Source: an uncultured delta proteobacterium (GTDB lineage Bacteria; Desulfobacterota; WTBG01; CAIYCZ01). Taken from it: a stretch of DNA of 38,416 nt. The DNA is taken from assembly GCA_963803975.1 (NCBI GenBank), contig CAWDOY010000056.1:1-38416 (forward strand), written 5' to 3'. The position numbers and the translations under genes are program-made. The notes below the pieces were generated by a model that ran no database searches, was not told where the DNA came from, and was given only the letters and a program-made list of their open reading frames with translations. Position 1 is the stretch's first letter. The number at the start of each line of letters is the position of its first letter. Positions 9,590 to 21,826 of the stretch are shown one piece after another.

Positions 9590-10752
9590 ATGGAATCTAT
9601 ACAGGGTTTTATTGAGAGTTTAAGCAAAGCCCGGGAAAACGGCTTCAGCGAGATGGAGCAGCTGAAAAAAAACGGCAGAAAGGTGGTGGGCACCTACTGC
9701 CTGTTCGCTCCGTATGAGGTGATTGCAGCATCAGGGGCGCTTCCGGTATCGCTCTGCGGCATGAAAGAGGAGCCCATAGCGCAGGCTGAAAAGCATCTTC
9801 CGCGCAACCTCTGCCCGCTCATTAAATCAAGCTACGGCTATGCCATCACCGGCACCTGCCCGTATTTTTTCTACTCTGATCTGGTGGTCGGGGAAACCAC
9901 CTGCGACGGCAAGAAAAAGATGTTTGAATACCTGGGCAAAATTACGCCTGTTCATGTCATGCGGCTTCCTGATTCTAATAACCGTGAAGAAGACTATGCT
10001 AACTGGAGAACAAGAGATACGGTATCTCAAGGAGCGTATTGAAAAAGAGCTTGGGTTGGAAATCACCGATGAAAAACTGAATGACTCAATAAAGGAAAAA
10101 AATGAGGAGCGCCGCGTTTTCAGGGAATTTTATGAACTCTCAAAATTAGACCCGCCGCCCCTGTCGGGTCTTGAGGTGTTCAGGGTTTTATTCAGCTCCG
10201 GGTATGCATTTGACAAGAAAAAGCAGATTGAGACCATACGCGACCTGATCAGCGCCATAAAAGATGCCTATGCAAACAATAATCTGCGGACTCAGCCCGG
10301 CAGACCGCGCATCCTGATTACCGGCTGCCCGATCGGCGGCGCGACCGAGAAGGTGCTGCGCATCATTGAGGAGAGCGGCGGCACCATCGTCTGCTTTGAA
10401 AACTGCGGCGGCACACGGGACCGGGAGGAGCTGGTCAGCGAGCAGGGCGATCCGTATGAGGCGCTTGCTAAAAAGTATCTGAATATCGCCTGCTCCTGCA
10501 TGAGCCCCAATGACAACAGGATTACCATGCTGTCCCGATTGATAGATGAATACCGGGTTGACGGGGTGATTGATGTGGTGCTGCAGGCATGTCACACCTA
10601 CAATGTTGAAACATACCGGATTAAAGAATTTGTCCGACAGGAAAAGCATATCCCGTACATGGCTGTTGAAACTGATTATTCGCAGGGTGATGAGGGCCAG
10701 ATGAGGACACGATACGGCGTTTATGGAAATACTTGAACCACGCCATACATAA
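9590..10752 (+). CDS. Double-cubane cluster protein / 2-hydroxyacyl-CoA dehydratase family (YjiM-like), two indels
   Basis: GTYCLFAP, LPRNLCPLIKSSYG, CPYF, GETTCDGKKKM, ITGCP, ENCGG, CSCMSPN, QACHTYNVE, ETDYS. Confidence 0.9.
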
Positions 10753-10860
10753 AAAAGAAGATTGAATTTGGAACTCAGGAACTCATAAAGGTAATAAATT
10801 TTCCTGATTTCTTGAGTTCCAGATTTTAACAAGACCACGCAATACGTGAGGTGAAACAAC

Positions 10861-11463
10861 ATGAAAAAGAAAGAAGTGGATGCACGGGGACTGGCCTGCC
10901 CGCAGCCGGTGGTGCTGACGAAAAAGGCCCTGGAGGACATCTCGGAAGGTGAAATTCTGGTGCTGGTGGATACGGAAAACGCCCGGGACAACGTGGTGCG
11001 GCTTGCAGAAAGCCAGGGCTGCACAGCAACGTCAACAGAAACGGCCGGCAGTTTTACTGTGGCGATTGAAAAAAGGGCCGGCGCAGCGCAGCAGACTGCA
11101 GCTTTTGAGACCACCTGTTCCGTCCCGGAAGGCGAGATTGTCTACCTGTTTGATGCTGATCACATCGGCTCTAACCGTGAGTTGGGGAAGGTCCTGGTAA
11201 ACGGTTTCCTGAACGCGGCACTTTCCCTGCCCCACAAAAAGTGTTCAATCATATTAATCAGCGGCGGGGTAAAGCTTGCGGTCACGGGGTCGTATGCGCT
11301 GGAAATTCTCAGCAAGCTTAAGGATTATGGCTTTTCTGTTTTGATTTGCGGGACCTGTCTTGATTTTTTCAAGATACGGGACAAGGTGCAGGTAGGCACT
11401 GTTTCCAATGCCCTTGAGATCATGGGGCGGATGACCGGAGCATTAAAGGTAATAAAGTTTTAA
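10861..11463 (+). CDS. yedF: YedF-like selenium/sulfur relay protein (TusA + DsrE domains)
   Basis: VDARGLACPQPVV (TusA) and ELGKVL...ICGTCLDFF...VGTVSN (DsrE-like). Confidence 0.85.
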   Translation: MKKKEVDARGLACPQPVVLTKKALEDISEGEILVLVDTENARDNVVRLAESQGCTATSTETAGSFTVAIEKRAGAAQQTAAFETTCSVPEGEIVYLFDADHIGSNRELGKVLVNGFLNAALSLPHKKCSIILISGGVKLAVTGSYALEILSKLKDYGFSVLICGTCLDFFKIRDKVQVGTVSNALEIMGRMTGALKVIKF

Positions 11464-11593
11464 AGGACGTCTCCCAATAATACTTGAGATTGCATGCCTG
11501 GTGTAAAGCCGCGCGGCAGCCGACGACTGGCCAGAGTTCCAGAACTGGTAAATACGGCAGATTTAATTTTTTTAGCATTTGCTCAATAATTTC

Positions 11594-11622
11594 TTGACAA
11601 AAGATTTTCTAGCAGTTATAAT
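11594..11622 (+). promoter_or_regulatory. Consensus sigma70 promoter of the rrf2-met/cys operon
   Basis: Perfect TTGACA (11594-11599), 17 nt, TATAAT (11617-11622). Confidence 0.88.
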
Positions 11623-11676
11623 CACCATAAAGTTAGTAGATGTATTAGAGTTACATATAAGATGAGGTATGTTACA

Positions 11677-12118
11677 TTGAAATTATCAACGAAAGGGACG
11701 ATACGGAGTACGATTAATGCTGGATATTGCCCTGCACTGCGCGGAAGGGCCGGTACCTCTTAGAGCTATTTCTAAACGACAGGATATCACCGAGAAGTAT
11801 TTATGGCACCTGATAAATCCGCTTAAATCCGCTGGCCTTATTGAATCAACCCGCGGTGCACACGGCGGCTATGTATTAGCTAAACCGCTTTCAGATATAT
11901 CCATAAAAGAGATTGTACGTGCTTTAGAAGGGCCTTTGACCCTGGTAAAATGTGTTGAAAAGCCGGGCTCCTGCTCAAAAGCCAAGTCCTGTGTTGCCCG
12001 TGATCTATGGGTGGAAGTAGCTGAAAAGATTTCACAGACCCTGGAAGCAGTGACGCTGAAAGATATTGTAGAGAGCCATAAAACCAAAACTGATACAGCT
12101 GTTAATTACAATATTTAA
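11677..12118 (+). CDS. Rrf2 family regulator (IscR/CymR-like, three Cys); extra base near 11696
   Basis: TTG start gives MKLSTKG(RYGVRL)ML after repair; STRGAHGGYVLA; CVEKPGSCSKAKSC. Confidence 0.9.
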
Positions 12119-12143
12119 GGGACCACAATAAGAAAGTAATTAT

Positions 12144-12248
12144 ATGTTCACATATAAAAACATGACCGGCAATAATAACACCATGATGTGCTCTATGTGC
12201 ATGTGTATGTGTACCTTCGGGGGCAGATGGGTTTTTTTATGTAAATAA
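12144..12248 (+). CDS. Met/Cys-rich attenuator leader peptide, 34 aa
   Basis: MFTYKNMTGNNNTMMCSMCMCMCTFGGRWVFLCK*; 9 of 10 consecutive codons (12183-12212) are Met or Cys; AGAAAG 7 nt upstream of ATG. Confidence 0.85.
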   Translation: MFTYKNMTGNNNTMMCSMCMCMCTFGGRWVFLCK

Positions 12249-12278
12249 TTACAACATAGAGAAAAAATACCCACTGCC
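12222..12278 (+). promoter_or_regulatory. Antiterminator hairpin of the attenuator
   Basis: GGCAGaTGGGTTTTTTT (12222-12238) pairs with AAAAAAtACCCACTGCC (12262-12278), sequestering the 5' arm of the terminator. Confidence 0.8.
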
Positions 12279-12306
12279 GGACAATACACGGTCAGTGGGT
12301 TTTTTT
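12269..12306 (+). terminator. Intrinsic terminator (attenuator)
   Basis: ACCCACTG-CCG (9-nt loop) CGG-T-CAGTGGGT then T-run to 12306, just upstream of the yezD RBS. Confidence 0.88.
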
Positions 12307-12319
12307 ATGGAGGAAACGA

Positions 12320-12508
12320 ATGAGCACGTATCAGTCAAACAAAGACATTGCCAACTATAATATCATACGGGAAATACTCGACTCAGTGAAAAGGATAAAG
12401 TACGGGTCCATTAACATTAAGGTGCATGACGCAAAGGTCGTCCAGGTAGAGGTGACAGAAAAGTCCAGATATGACGACTGGTTTGTTGAGAAAGGCAGCG
12501 GCATCTGA
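12320..12508 (+). CDS. YezD/DUF2292 family small protein
   Basis: IKYGSINIKVHDAKVVQVEVTEKSR; GGAGG RBS; family typically precedes sulfur-assimilation genes. Confidence 0.85.
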   Translation: MSTYQSNKDIANYNIIREILDSVKRIKYGSINIKVHDAKVVQVEVTEKSRYDDWFVEKGSGI

Positions 12509-12574
12509 ATTGAACAGGGCCGTAACAGGTAAACAATTCCCATGATTAAACTTTACTAATATAAGGAGATAACA

Positions 12575-13892
<1,318 letters not shown>

Positions 13893-13905
13893 AAAGGAGG
13901 TAACC

Positions 13906-14868
13906 ATGGCTCATATATATAGTGATAACTCACAATCAATCGGCAACACGCCGCTTATCCGTTTGAATCATATACCGAAGGGAACAAAGGCCGCAGCTGT
14001 CCTCGGCAAGGTCGAAGGCCGCAACCCTGCCTATTCGGTGAAATGCCGGATCGGGGCGGCAATGATCTGGGATGCCGAGAAGCGGGGCTTTCTCAAGCCG
14101 GGGGTGGAGATCATTGAACCCACCAGCGGCAACACCGGTATCGCCCTGGCATTTGTGGCTGCGGCCCGCGGCTACAAGCTCACGCTGACCATGCCGGAGA
14201 CCATGAGCATTGAGCGCCGCCGCGTGCTGGCTGCCTTCGGCGCCAACCTTTTGCTCACCCCGGGTGCTGAAGGCATGCCCGGCGCCATCAGCCGCGCTGA
14301 GGAAATTGCCGCATCCGATCCAAAGAAATACTTTCTGCCCCAGCAGTTTAAGAATCCGGCCAATCCGGCCATACACGAGAAAACCACCGGGCCGGAAATC
14401 TGGCAAGATACGGACGGCGCCATTGATGTGCTGGTCTCAGGCGTTGGTACCGGAGGAACTATTACGGGCATTTCCCGCTTTATCAAAAACACTAAGGGTA
14501 AAAAAATCCTGTCCGTTGCCGTGGAGCCGAAAGAAAGCCCGGTAATTACACAGAAACTTGCCGGCCAGGAAATCAAGCCGAGCCCGCACAAGATACAGGG
14601 AATCGGGGCCGGGTTTATTCCCGACACGCTGGACCTCTCGCTTGTGGACCGGGTTGAGCAGGTGGACAGTGACGAGGCAGTGGAATACGCGCGCCGGCTG
14701 GCAAAGGAGGAGGGCCTGCTGAGCGGCATTTCCTGCGGGGCGGCTCTTGCGGCAGCACTGCGCCTGGCCCGGCAGGATGAGTTCTCAGGTAAAACAATTG
14801 TCGTTATTCTGCCCGATGCCGGTGAGCGGTATCTCTCGACAGTCTTGTTTGAGGGCATTGGTGCCTGA
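13906..14868 (+). CDS. cysK: Cysteine synthase A
   Basis: [50 protein letters not shown]. Confidence 0.97.
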   Translation: MAHIYSDNSQSIGNTPLIRLNHIPKGTKAAAVLGKVEGRNPAYSVKCRIGAAMIWDAEKRGFLKPGVEIIEPTSGNTGIALAFVAAARGYKLTLTMPETMSIERRRVLAAFGANLLLTPGAEGMPGAISRAEEIAASDPKKYFLPQQFKNPANPAIHEKTTGPEIWQDTDGAIDVLVSGVGTGGTITGISRFIKNTKGKKILSVAVEPKESPVITQKLAGQEIKPSPHKIQGIGAGFIPDTLDLSLVDRVEQVDSDEAVEYARRLAKEEGLLSGISCGAALAAALRLARQDEFSGKTIVVILPDAGERYLSTVLFEGIGA

Positions 14869-14950
14869 CCTTATTAACAGCAAAGTACAAGAACCTGCTC
14901 TCCGGGTTTTTTAAAAGGATCTGGAGAGCATACAAGAACAGGAAGTTTGT

Positions 14951-16158
14951 GTGGCGGTACGTACATTTAAAGACACCGGACATACGCACAGCGTTCAAAG
15001 GACAGACAAGGGCGGCAGTATTGGAACAGTCAAAACTCAATATGTTACCTTTGCCCATCCTCCCGATGAACTCATTCTTGACAGCGGGGAGAAACTCGGC
15101 CCGATAACGCTGGCGTATGAAACCTACGGCACCCTGAATGGGGAAAAGTCGAACGCGATTCTGCTGCTGCATGCCCTTTCAGGTGATGCCCACGCTGCCG
15201 GCTTTCATAAAGGAGATGCCAGGCCGGGCTGGTGGGATGATATGGTCGGCCCCGGCAAAGCCTTTGACACGGAGAAGTATTTTATTATCTGCTCAAATGT
15301 GCTGGGCGGCTGTAAAGGCTCGACCGGGCCCGGTTCAATAAATCCAGAAAACGAATAAACCGTATGGCCTTGATTTTCCCATCATCACCATAAACGACAT
15401 GGTGAAAGCCCAGAAGCATCTCATAGAGCATCTGGGAATAGAAAAGCTTCTCTCGGTTGCCGGGGGATCGATGGGCGGGATGCAGGCGCTGGCATGGCTG
15501 ACAAAATACCCCCATAAGGTGCAGAGCGCCATGCTTATTGCCACTGCGGCAAATCATTCAGCGCAGCAGATTGCCTTTAACGAGGTGGGGCGGCAGGCGA
15601 TAATGGCAGACTCCCTTTGGCATAACGGCAACTATTACGGCGGGCGGCTGCCCTCAAAAGGTCTTGCCGTAGCACGGATGGTCGGCCACATCACGTATAT
15701 GAGCGACTCCTCAATGCTGGAGAAATTCGGCCGGCAGTTAAAGAATGAGAAGCAGCCGTTTAAATTTACCGCTGATTTTGAGGTTGAAGGATATCTCCAC
15801 AACCGCGGCGATAACTTTGTAAAGCGGTTTGATGCCAACTCATACCTCTATATAACCAAGGCCATGGATTATTTTGATGTTTCAGACGGGAAGCCGCTCT
15901 ATGAAGTATTAAGAGGGATTACAGGCACAGATTCTTGTCATCGCCTTCGGCTCAGACTGGCTGTACCCGGCGTACCAGTCACAGGAGATTGTGCGGGCCT
16001 GCAAGATGGCGGGCATTAACGCAACCTATTGTGAAATAGCCTCTACCTACGGCCACGATGCATTTCTGGTTGAAATTGAAGAAGAGTCACACCTGGTGAA
16101 ACATTTTCTGAAAAAAGTTTTCAACGGCTATGAAGCAACCAGTGAATATGAGATATGA
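14951..16158 (+). CDS. metX: Homoserine O-acyltransferase (MetX family), indels near 15355 and 15925
   Basis: [53 protein letters not shown] and YGHDAFL in the repaired frame. Confidence 0.93.
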
Positions 16159-16749
16159 TGCAATCCGGCCGGATCACCGAGTAATCAGCAGCCTGATTGC
16201 TGAGGGCTCATCAGTGCTTGACCTCGGGTGCGGCACCGGGGAGCTGCTGGCCCTGCTGGTGCAGGAGAAACAGGTCAGGGCCCAGGGCATCGAGATAGAT
16301 GAACAGGCCATATACGCGTGTGTTGCCCGGGGACTGAGCGTTTTTCATGGCGATATTGATACCGGCCTGGCAGACTACGCAGACCGGTCATTTGATTATG
16401 TGCTGTTAAACCAGAGCCTGCAGCAGGTAAAAAAAATTGAGACCGTGCTCAATGACGCGCTGCGGGTGGGCAGAAAAGTCATTATCGGCTTTCCCAACTT
16501 TGCGCATGTTACGGCACGTTTCCAGATATTTTTCAGGGGACGGACCCCGGTTACCCCGTCGCTTCCCTATGAATGGTATGATACGCCGAACCTGCACTTC
16601 CTGAGCATTTCCGATTTCACGCAATACTGCACCAAACACCGCATCGCCATAGAGCAGTCTATTTTTCTGGGAGAGAGAAATGATCACGGGTGCTGCCGAA
16701 CCTGTTTGCGCGGACGGGGATCTTCCTTGTTGCACAAAGACATCTTTGA
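16130..16749 (+). CDS. metW: Methionine biosynthesis protein MetW (indel near the C-terminus)
   Basis: VLDLGCGTG, SFDYVLLNQSLQQ, GFPNFAH, LPYEWYDTPNLHF; follows metX. Confidence 0.93.
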
Positions 16750-17119
16750 TGAGAACAGCGGGTTTAAAAATCACCTGCTGCTCGCTGATGGCTATCAATC
16801 CCTCGGTATAATCCCTTAAGCAGAGGTTATTACCTGCCGCCAGGCCGGACACCGTTCTGCCTTCACCGGTTTTGTACTGCGCCTGCCCCTCCCTCTCCCT
16901 TTATCTATATGCATTCAGCTTTCTATAGACATTATCTATTTTACATAATGAATGCACGTGGTTAAAACTTTTTATGAGATTGGAGAAGAAATCATGCAGA
17001 CCCTGAAGACCAGACACGTAACCGCAAAGCTTGCTGGCTGCTGTCGCGTATACACTGCTGGTCAGGGTATCAAGGGCATTCGCTGCAGCAGCGAATATTT
17101 AATGGAGACTTCTTGCTTC

Positions 17120-18112
17120 ATGGGAAAACTATACAGCCTGTTTGTATCACTATTGATTATCAGTGCTTCTGCCTCATCAGTCTGGGCCGGTGCCTGGAGC
17201 ATGAATCAGGGGGGGCTGTACGCGAAACTGTCCTACAACCATTATTATACCAACTATACTTTTACGGATGGAGGGGGAACGCAGCGATTGCCCAAAGGGA
17301 CCACCTTCACTGATAACAACACAACCCTGTATCTCGAATACGGCATAACTGACCGGCTGACCATATCGGGTTCTCTTCCCTACAAATGGCTGCGCTCTAC
17401 CTACCGGCAGCAGGTAACAGCGGGCGATCAAACAAAGACCCGGAAAGTGGAGACACGCTGGAACGGATTCGGCGACATGGAACTGGGCCTGAAATACTGC
17501 TTCCTTACAGAGCCAATAGTCACCTCAATGCAGTTCCTGTATAAGAACGCGTGGCTGTATGACAAAAATGAAAACATTCCTCCCGGCAACCATCAGGATG
17601 ATTATGAGTTGCGCTTTCTGGCGGGAAAATCCCTGTGGCCGTTTCCCGGTTACTGCGGAGCAGAGATCGGCTACCGCTGGAGAACCCAGGCCCCGTCTGA
17701 TGAATTCCGGTATTTGCTCGAACTCGGGGTAAATGCCACCCGGAAGCTCTCCTTCAGATTAAAGCTTGACGGGACAAAGAGCATGCATAACGCAGACCTG
17801 CCTCGTCAGCCCAAACCAATCACAACGGCTTATATTGATGAAGAAACCGGGCAGGTCATAAAAACCAGCAGCAGCGCGTCAAGTCAGGCAGTCTCGGCAA
17901 ACCCGTCCCTCGGCCTCCAGTATGATTTGGGAAAGCTTGAATTAACCACAAGCTACCAGGTCGCCAAGAGGTGGTTCTGTGAACTGTCATACACCAATTA
18001 TCCCTACGGCAAAAACGTATCCCCCGGTGATCAATATTCCTGTGCCCTGGTCTATTATTTTGACAATAAAAAGAGTCCGCCGTCACCATTAAAAATAGAT
18101 GACAGCAACTGA
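17120..18112 (+). CDS. Putative outer-membrane beta-barrel / exported protein
   Basis: Signal peptide ending VWA-GAW; YLEYGITDRLT and GFGDMELGLKY alternating amphipathic strands. Confidence 0.65.
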   Translation: MGKLYSLFVSLLIISASASSVWAGAWSMNQGGLYAKLSYNHYYTNYTFTDGGGTQRLPKGTTFTDNNTTLYLEYGITDRLTISGSLPYKWLRSTYRQQVTAGDQTKTRKVETRWNGFGDMELGLKYCFLTEPIVTSMQFLYKNAWLYDKNENIPPGNHQDDYELRFLAGKSLWPFPGYCGAEIGYRWRTQAPSDEFRYLLELGVNATRKLSFRLKLDGTKSMHNADLPRQPKPITTAYIDEETGQVIKTSSSASSQAVSANPSLGLQYDLGKLELTTSYQVAKRWFCELSYTNYPYGKNVSPGDQYSCALVYYFDNKKSPPSPLKIDDSN

Positions 18113-18444
18113 TAAGGAGCTGCGGCACGGTTAGCATCAGCGCTTTCATGGCTTTGGAAGCAATGAGGGCGCCTCGCGCTGCCTTATGAACGTATACGGT
18201 TATAGTAAAGCACTTCGGGGGTAAGCTTGCCATAAAGGGTTTGTATGCAATAGAGGTTCTTGCCAAACCAAAGGATTGCGGATTTACCATTTCAAACTGC
18301 GCGACTTGTCTAAGATACAGGGCAAGGTTCAGGTCGGCATTGTCTCATATGCCCTTGAGATGCGGGCGAAGATGACGGGCTACTTTAAAATTTTATTCTC
18401 CGGACAGCTGGATTGTTTTGAAATAATAATATGCTATAATTATT

Positions 18445-19539
18445 TTGGAGGTGGTTATGATTACTATAATTATAAAAAGTATGTTCGCTATATTATTAGT
18501 GCTGCTCATGCAATCCAGCGTGTCTGCAGAGACAACGCTGGAGAAGGCAACTTTTGCCGGAGGCTGTTTCTGGTGCATGGAGCCCCCGTTTGAAAAACTT
18601 GCGGGGGTCAAGGAGGTTATCTCAGGCTACACCGGAGGCCAGAAAGAAAATCCCGCCTATGAAGAGGTTTCCTCCGGCAGCACCGGCCATGTAGAGTCTA
18701 TTCAGGTGACGTATGATACGTCAAAAATAACCTATGCAAAGCTGCTTGACGTGTTCTGGAAGCAGATTAACCCCACAGATGCCGGCGGCCAGTTTGCCGA
18801 CCGGGGATCGCAGTATCGGGCAATTATTTTTTATCATAACGATGAGCAGAAAAGGCTGGCTGAGAAATCTAAAGAAGAGCTGCAAAAGTCCGGGAGATTT
18901 CAGAAACCAATAGTAACTGAGATACTTCCGGCAGCGCGCTTTTATCCTGCTGAGGAGTATCATCAGGATTATTATAAGAAAAACCCGGTTAATTATAAAC
19001 GGTATCGACAAGGGTCAGGAAGAGAGCAGTTTTTAGAAAAAACCTGGGGCACAGAAGATAAAAAAAATCCGGGAGAAACCACTATGGAATACCGCAAACC
19101 TTCTAAAGAAGAACTTAAAAAGAAATTGACCGCGCTGCAATACCAGGTCACTCAGGAAGAAGGGACCGAACCACCTTTTAACAATGAATACTGGGAAAAT
19201 AAAAAAGAAGGGATTTATGTGGACATTGTTTCCGGCGAGCCGTTATTCATCTCTCTTGACAAATATGATTCCGGCACCGGATGGCCGAGTTTCACCAGGC
19301 CGCTTGAACCAGGGAACATTGTTGAGAAAAAAGACAGCAGCTTAATGATGCCGAGAACAGAGGTGCGCAGCAAACATGCTGATTCCCATCTCGGCCATGT
19401 ATTTGACGATGGCCCTGCCCCCACCGGACTTCGGTACTGTATGAACTCAGCGTCCCTTCGCTTTATTCCTAAAGAAGATATGGAAAAAGAAGGCTATGGC
19501 AAATACCTGAAACTTTTTGAAAATAAAAAACCCCATTGA
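18445..19539 (+). CDS. msrAB: Exported bifunctional peptide methionine sulfoxide reductase MsrA/MsrB
   Basis: Signal peptide, [43 protein letters not shown]. Confidence 0.96.
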   Translation: MEVVMITIIIKSMFAILLVLLMQSSVSAETTLEKATFAGGCFWCMEPPFEKLAGVKEVISGYTGGQKENPAYEEVSSGSTGHVESIQVTYDTSKITYAKLLDVFWKQINPTDAGGQFADRGSQYRAIIFYHNDEQKRLAEKSKEELQKSGRFQKPIVTEILPAARFYPAEEYHQDYYKKNPVNYKRYRQGSGREQFLEKTWGTEDKKNPGETTMEYRKPSKEELKKKLTALQYQVTQEEGTEPPFNNEYWENKKEGIYVDIVSGEPLFISLDKYDSGTGWPSFTRPLEPGNIVEKKDSSLMMPRTEVRSKHADSHLGHVFDDGPAPTGLRYCMNSASLRFIPKEDMEKEGYGKYLKLFENKKPH

Positions 19540-19716
19540 GAGCCATGGAAACTTGAGCATATAAACATTAGCTGATATTTGTAAACAGCAAAAGGCAAAC
19601 ACTGCCAGTTGTAAAAAAATTCCAATAGCATAGTATCTCATTCCATCATCAAAAGCTGCCCGTCTATAAGACCCAATAAATAATCACGATTTGAAAATAA
19701 AGCTGATCCACAGTAC

Positions 19717-21774
19717 ATGTCCATAAACTTCAGATCTTTTGTGCCGCATGACATCAGACTGGGCCAGGAAGGACGGCCGGTGGTGAACGATGACCATCAG
19801 AGCGCGCGCCCCGGTCTTTTTATCTGTGGAGACCTTGCCGGCAATCCCACCTTAAAGACCTCAATCAGAGACGGTTATGAATCCATGCGCTCGCTGGCCT
19901 CGTGGATTGAAGAGCGGGGCCGCAGGGGAAAACATGACTATGATGTGGTTATCTGCGGCGCGGGCGGAGCCGGACTTGCCGCTGCTCTTGAAGCACAAAA
20001 GCTTGGACTGAAGACGGTTGTTCTCGAAAAAACCAGAGCAGCAAATACGGTGTTTAATTTTTCTGCAGGTAAAAAAATATGGGCCCGCCAGGAGCAGGTG
20101 GAACTTGATACCCGCCTGTGGCTTGATAACTGCACCAAAGAGGAGCTTCTTGAGAAATGGCGGGATATAATTCGTGATGAGCAGATTCCTGTTCAGGAGG
20201 GGAGGGATCTTAAAGACATTACTAATGCGGATAACGGATTTGTGGTGTCTACCACAGATGGAAGTCACTACACCTGTGCAGCCGTTCTTCTTGCAGTCGG
20301 CCGCAGCGGTAACCCGCGCACGTTGCGCGTTCCAGGCGAAGACCAGGACCACGTGCATCATATGCTGCTGCACCCCAGCGGCTATGCAGGAAAAAAAATA
20401 CTGGTTGTAGGTGGTGGCAACAGCGCGATTGAAGCTGCCAATGCACTTACCGTTCATGGGGCACAGGTACATATATCCTACCGCCAGGAAGGGTTTTTCC
20501 GGATTACTGCCATCAACCGTCAGGACATAGAGGACAATCTTAAAAACAAACGCATTCAAGTCTATTTTAATTCACAGGTGACGTCAATTCAGAAGGACTC
20601 GGCAACTCTTGCTATCGGGAAAAACTCTCAAACCATACCAGCGGATGAGGTGTTTGTCCTTATCGGAGCTGACCCGCCAAAAAAACTGCTTTCCAGCCTC
20701 GGCGTTACATTTGAAAATTCCTGGCCAATATCACGATTCATCAACATGGTCGTGGTTTTTGCGCTCGTATGGCTTTTCTATGCTTTTGCGAAATCGGGTG
20801 ATGGCACGTCTCTGCAGGAGTTCCCCTTTGGCCTTCTGGGGAAATCATCTGATGTATTGCCAATGTGGCTTAATCCCGGCTTATTAAAAACGCTCCTGTA
20901 TACACTGGTTGTTATTAGTTTCGGTATACCAGCCCTGGTGCGCTGGCGGCGGATGCCCCGGATCAGCATCTATCAGACCTGGCGCTATGTTTCAATAGTA
21001 GTTTCGCAGGCTTTTTTTCTGTTTATTTTTCCGGAATTTATTATAAAAATATTTGACCAGGTGAATTACTGGCGGTTTTATGGTGTGGTAATGCCGTTTC
21101 CCCTGGTTTATGAAATCTTTTATTACCGGCCGCCTGTGTTCTGGATCGTGCTATGCGCGGGTGCAGCTTTTGCCGCATTGCCTGTTTTTGTGTACTGGCA
21201 TGGAAAACGGCTCTGCTCATGGATATGCGGGTGCGGCTGTCTTTCGGAAACATTGGGAGACCGGTACCGGCACTATGCTCCACAGGGGGATCTCTCGCGC
21301 AAGATCGAGATGCCGATTATGTGGGTTATCCTGATATGGGCAGCAGTATCAGCAGTGGTGTTCCTGGTGACCCAGGGGGGAACCGGGAATAGACCATGGT
21401 ATGTAAGCTCATACAGCTACCTGGTTGATTTCTGGCTGGCTGCGGTAATTGGCATAGGAACCTATTTTTTTCTGGGCAACCGCATCTGGTGCCGTTACTT
21501 CTGCCCGCTTGCCCATTATATGCGCCTGCTTTCTGCCTGGTACGGGAAATTCCGCATCAAGCCGGCTGACCGCTGCATTGCCTGTGGCGAATGCTCCCGC
21601 TACTGCCAGATGGGGATTGATGTCATGAAGTTTGCGCTCAAGGACACGCCGGTAAACAACCGCAACTCAAGCTGTATCGGCTGCGGGGTGTGTGTATCCG
21701 TGTGTCCGATGGACAACCTTACCATGGGAGAGCGGTTTCCCAATGAAGAACAGTATCTTAAATTAAAAATCTGA
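19717..21774 (+). CDS. FAD/NAD(P)H oxidoreductase (TrxB/YpdA-like) fused to membrane polyferredoxin
   Basis: GAGGAG and VVGGGNSA Rossmann motifs, TM helices, CSWICGC, CRYFCP, two CxxCxxCxxxC motifs. Confidence 0.85.
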   Translation: MSINFRSFVPHDIRLGQEGRPVVNDDHQSARPGLFICGDLAGNPTLKTSIRDGYESMRSLASWIEERGRRGKHDYDVVICGAGGAGLAAALEAQKLGLKTVVLEKTRAANTVFNFSAGKKIWARQEQVELDTRLWLDNCTKEELLEKWRDIIRDEQIPVQEGRDLKDITNADNGFVVSTTDGSHYTCAAVLLAVGRSGNPRTLRVPGEDQDHVHHMLLHPSGYAGKKILVVGGGNSAIEAANALTVHGAQVHISYRQEGFFRITAINRQDIEDNLKNKRIQVYFNSQVTSIQKDSATLAIGKNSQTIPADEVFVLIGADPPKKLLSSLGVTFENSWPISRFINMVVVFALVWLFYAFAKSGDGTSLQEFPFGLLGKSSDVLPMWLNPGLLKTLLYTLVVISFGIPALVRWRRMPRISIYQTWRYVSIVVSQAFFLFIFPEFIIKIFDQVNYWRFYGVVMPFPLVYEIFYYRPPVFWIVLCAGAAFAALPVFVYWHGKRLCSWICGCGCLSETLGDRYRHYAPQGDLSRKIEMPIMWVILIWAAVSAVVFLVTQGGTGNRPWYVSSYSYLVDFWLAAVIGIGTYFFLGNRIWCRYFCPLAHYMRLLSAWYGKFRIKPADRCIACGECSRYCQMGIDVMKFALKDTPVNNRNSSCIGCGVCVSVCPMDNLTMGERFPNEEQYLKLKI

Positions 21775-21826
21775 TAGCAGGGTAGATACGGGAAACTCTG
21801 CTGATGCACCTCTAAAGGAAGAGAGT

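Noticed and set aside
12183..12212. ATGTGY run as a mere microsatellite
   Set aside because: It is in frame in an ORF with an RBS, mixes TGC and TGT, encodes the end products of the downstream pathway, and is coupled to alternative hairpins.
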